Program-made: the position numbers and the translations under genes
NCBI RefSeq assembly: GCF_004010195.1
Contig: NC_057752.1
Coordinates: 11,704,693 to 11,768,692, forward strand
Origin: Chiloscyllium plagiosum
Taxonomy: Eukaryota
Direction of reading: 5' to 3'
Length of the DNA: 64,000 bases
Part shown: one piece after another, positions 63,890-64,000 of the stretch
Layout: each line of letters begins with the position of its first letter
Position numbering within the stretch: the first letter of the stretch is position 1
Notes under the pieces: model-generated
Database searches by the model: none
Seen by the model: only the letters and a program-made list of their open reading frames with translations
Told to the model about the DNA's origin: nothing

Positions 63890-64000
63890 GGGTCATAGAG
63901 ATGTGCAGCACAGAAACAGACCCTTTGGTCCAACTCGTCCATGCTAACCAGATATCCTAACCTAATCTAGTTCCATTTGCCAGCACTTGGTTCATATCCC
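63890..64000 (-). mobile_element. CR1 3' end (runs off the window)
   Basis: Reverse complement of the CR1 3' UTR seen at 8040-8135. Confidence 0.85.

Overview
Vertebrate genomic DNA, very probably a cartilaginous fish (inferred from HE1-type V-SINEs and abundant shark-like CR1 LINEs). The window is the interior of one + strand gene, SMARCC2 (BAF170). Nine internal coding exons (equivalent to human exons 2-10; 845 nt) splice in frame with GT-AG introns. Exon 1 and exon 11 onward lie outside the window. The introns are dense with decayed and nested transposons: CR1, HE1, two Penelope-like element (PLE) lineages, solo LTRs, Tigger-like MITEs and a Harbinger remnant. The most notable signal is a set of minimal hammerhead ribozyme motifs in four PLE-related families. 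Many sit in short, TSD-flanked inverted-repeat elements. One, in the 778-nt intron 9, carries two sense-strand hammerheads in tandem inside the loop of a perfect 46-bp stem. A TE-poor island in intron 10 holds a candidate poison exon. TE boundaries without stated TSDs are approximate, and protein comparisons are from memory, not database searches.
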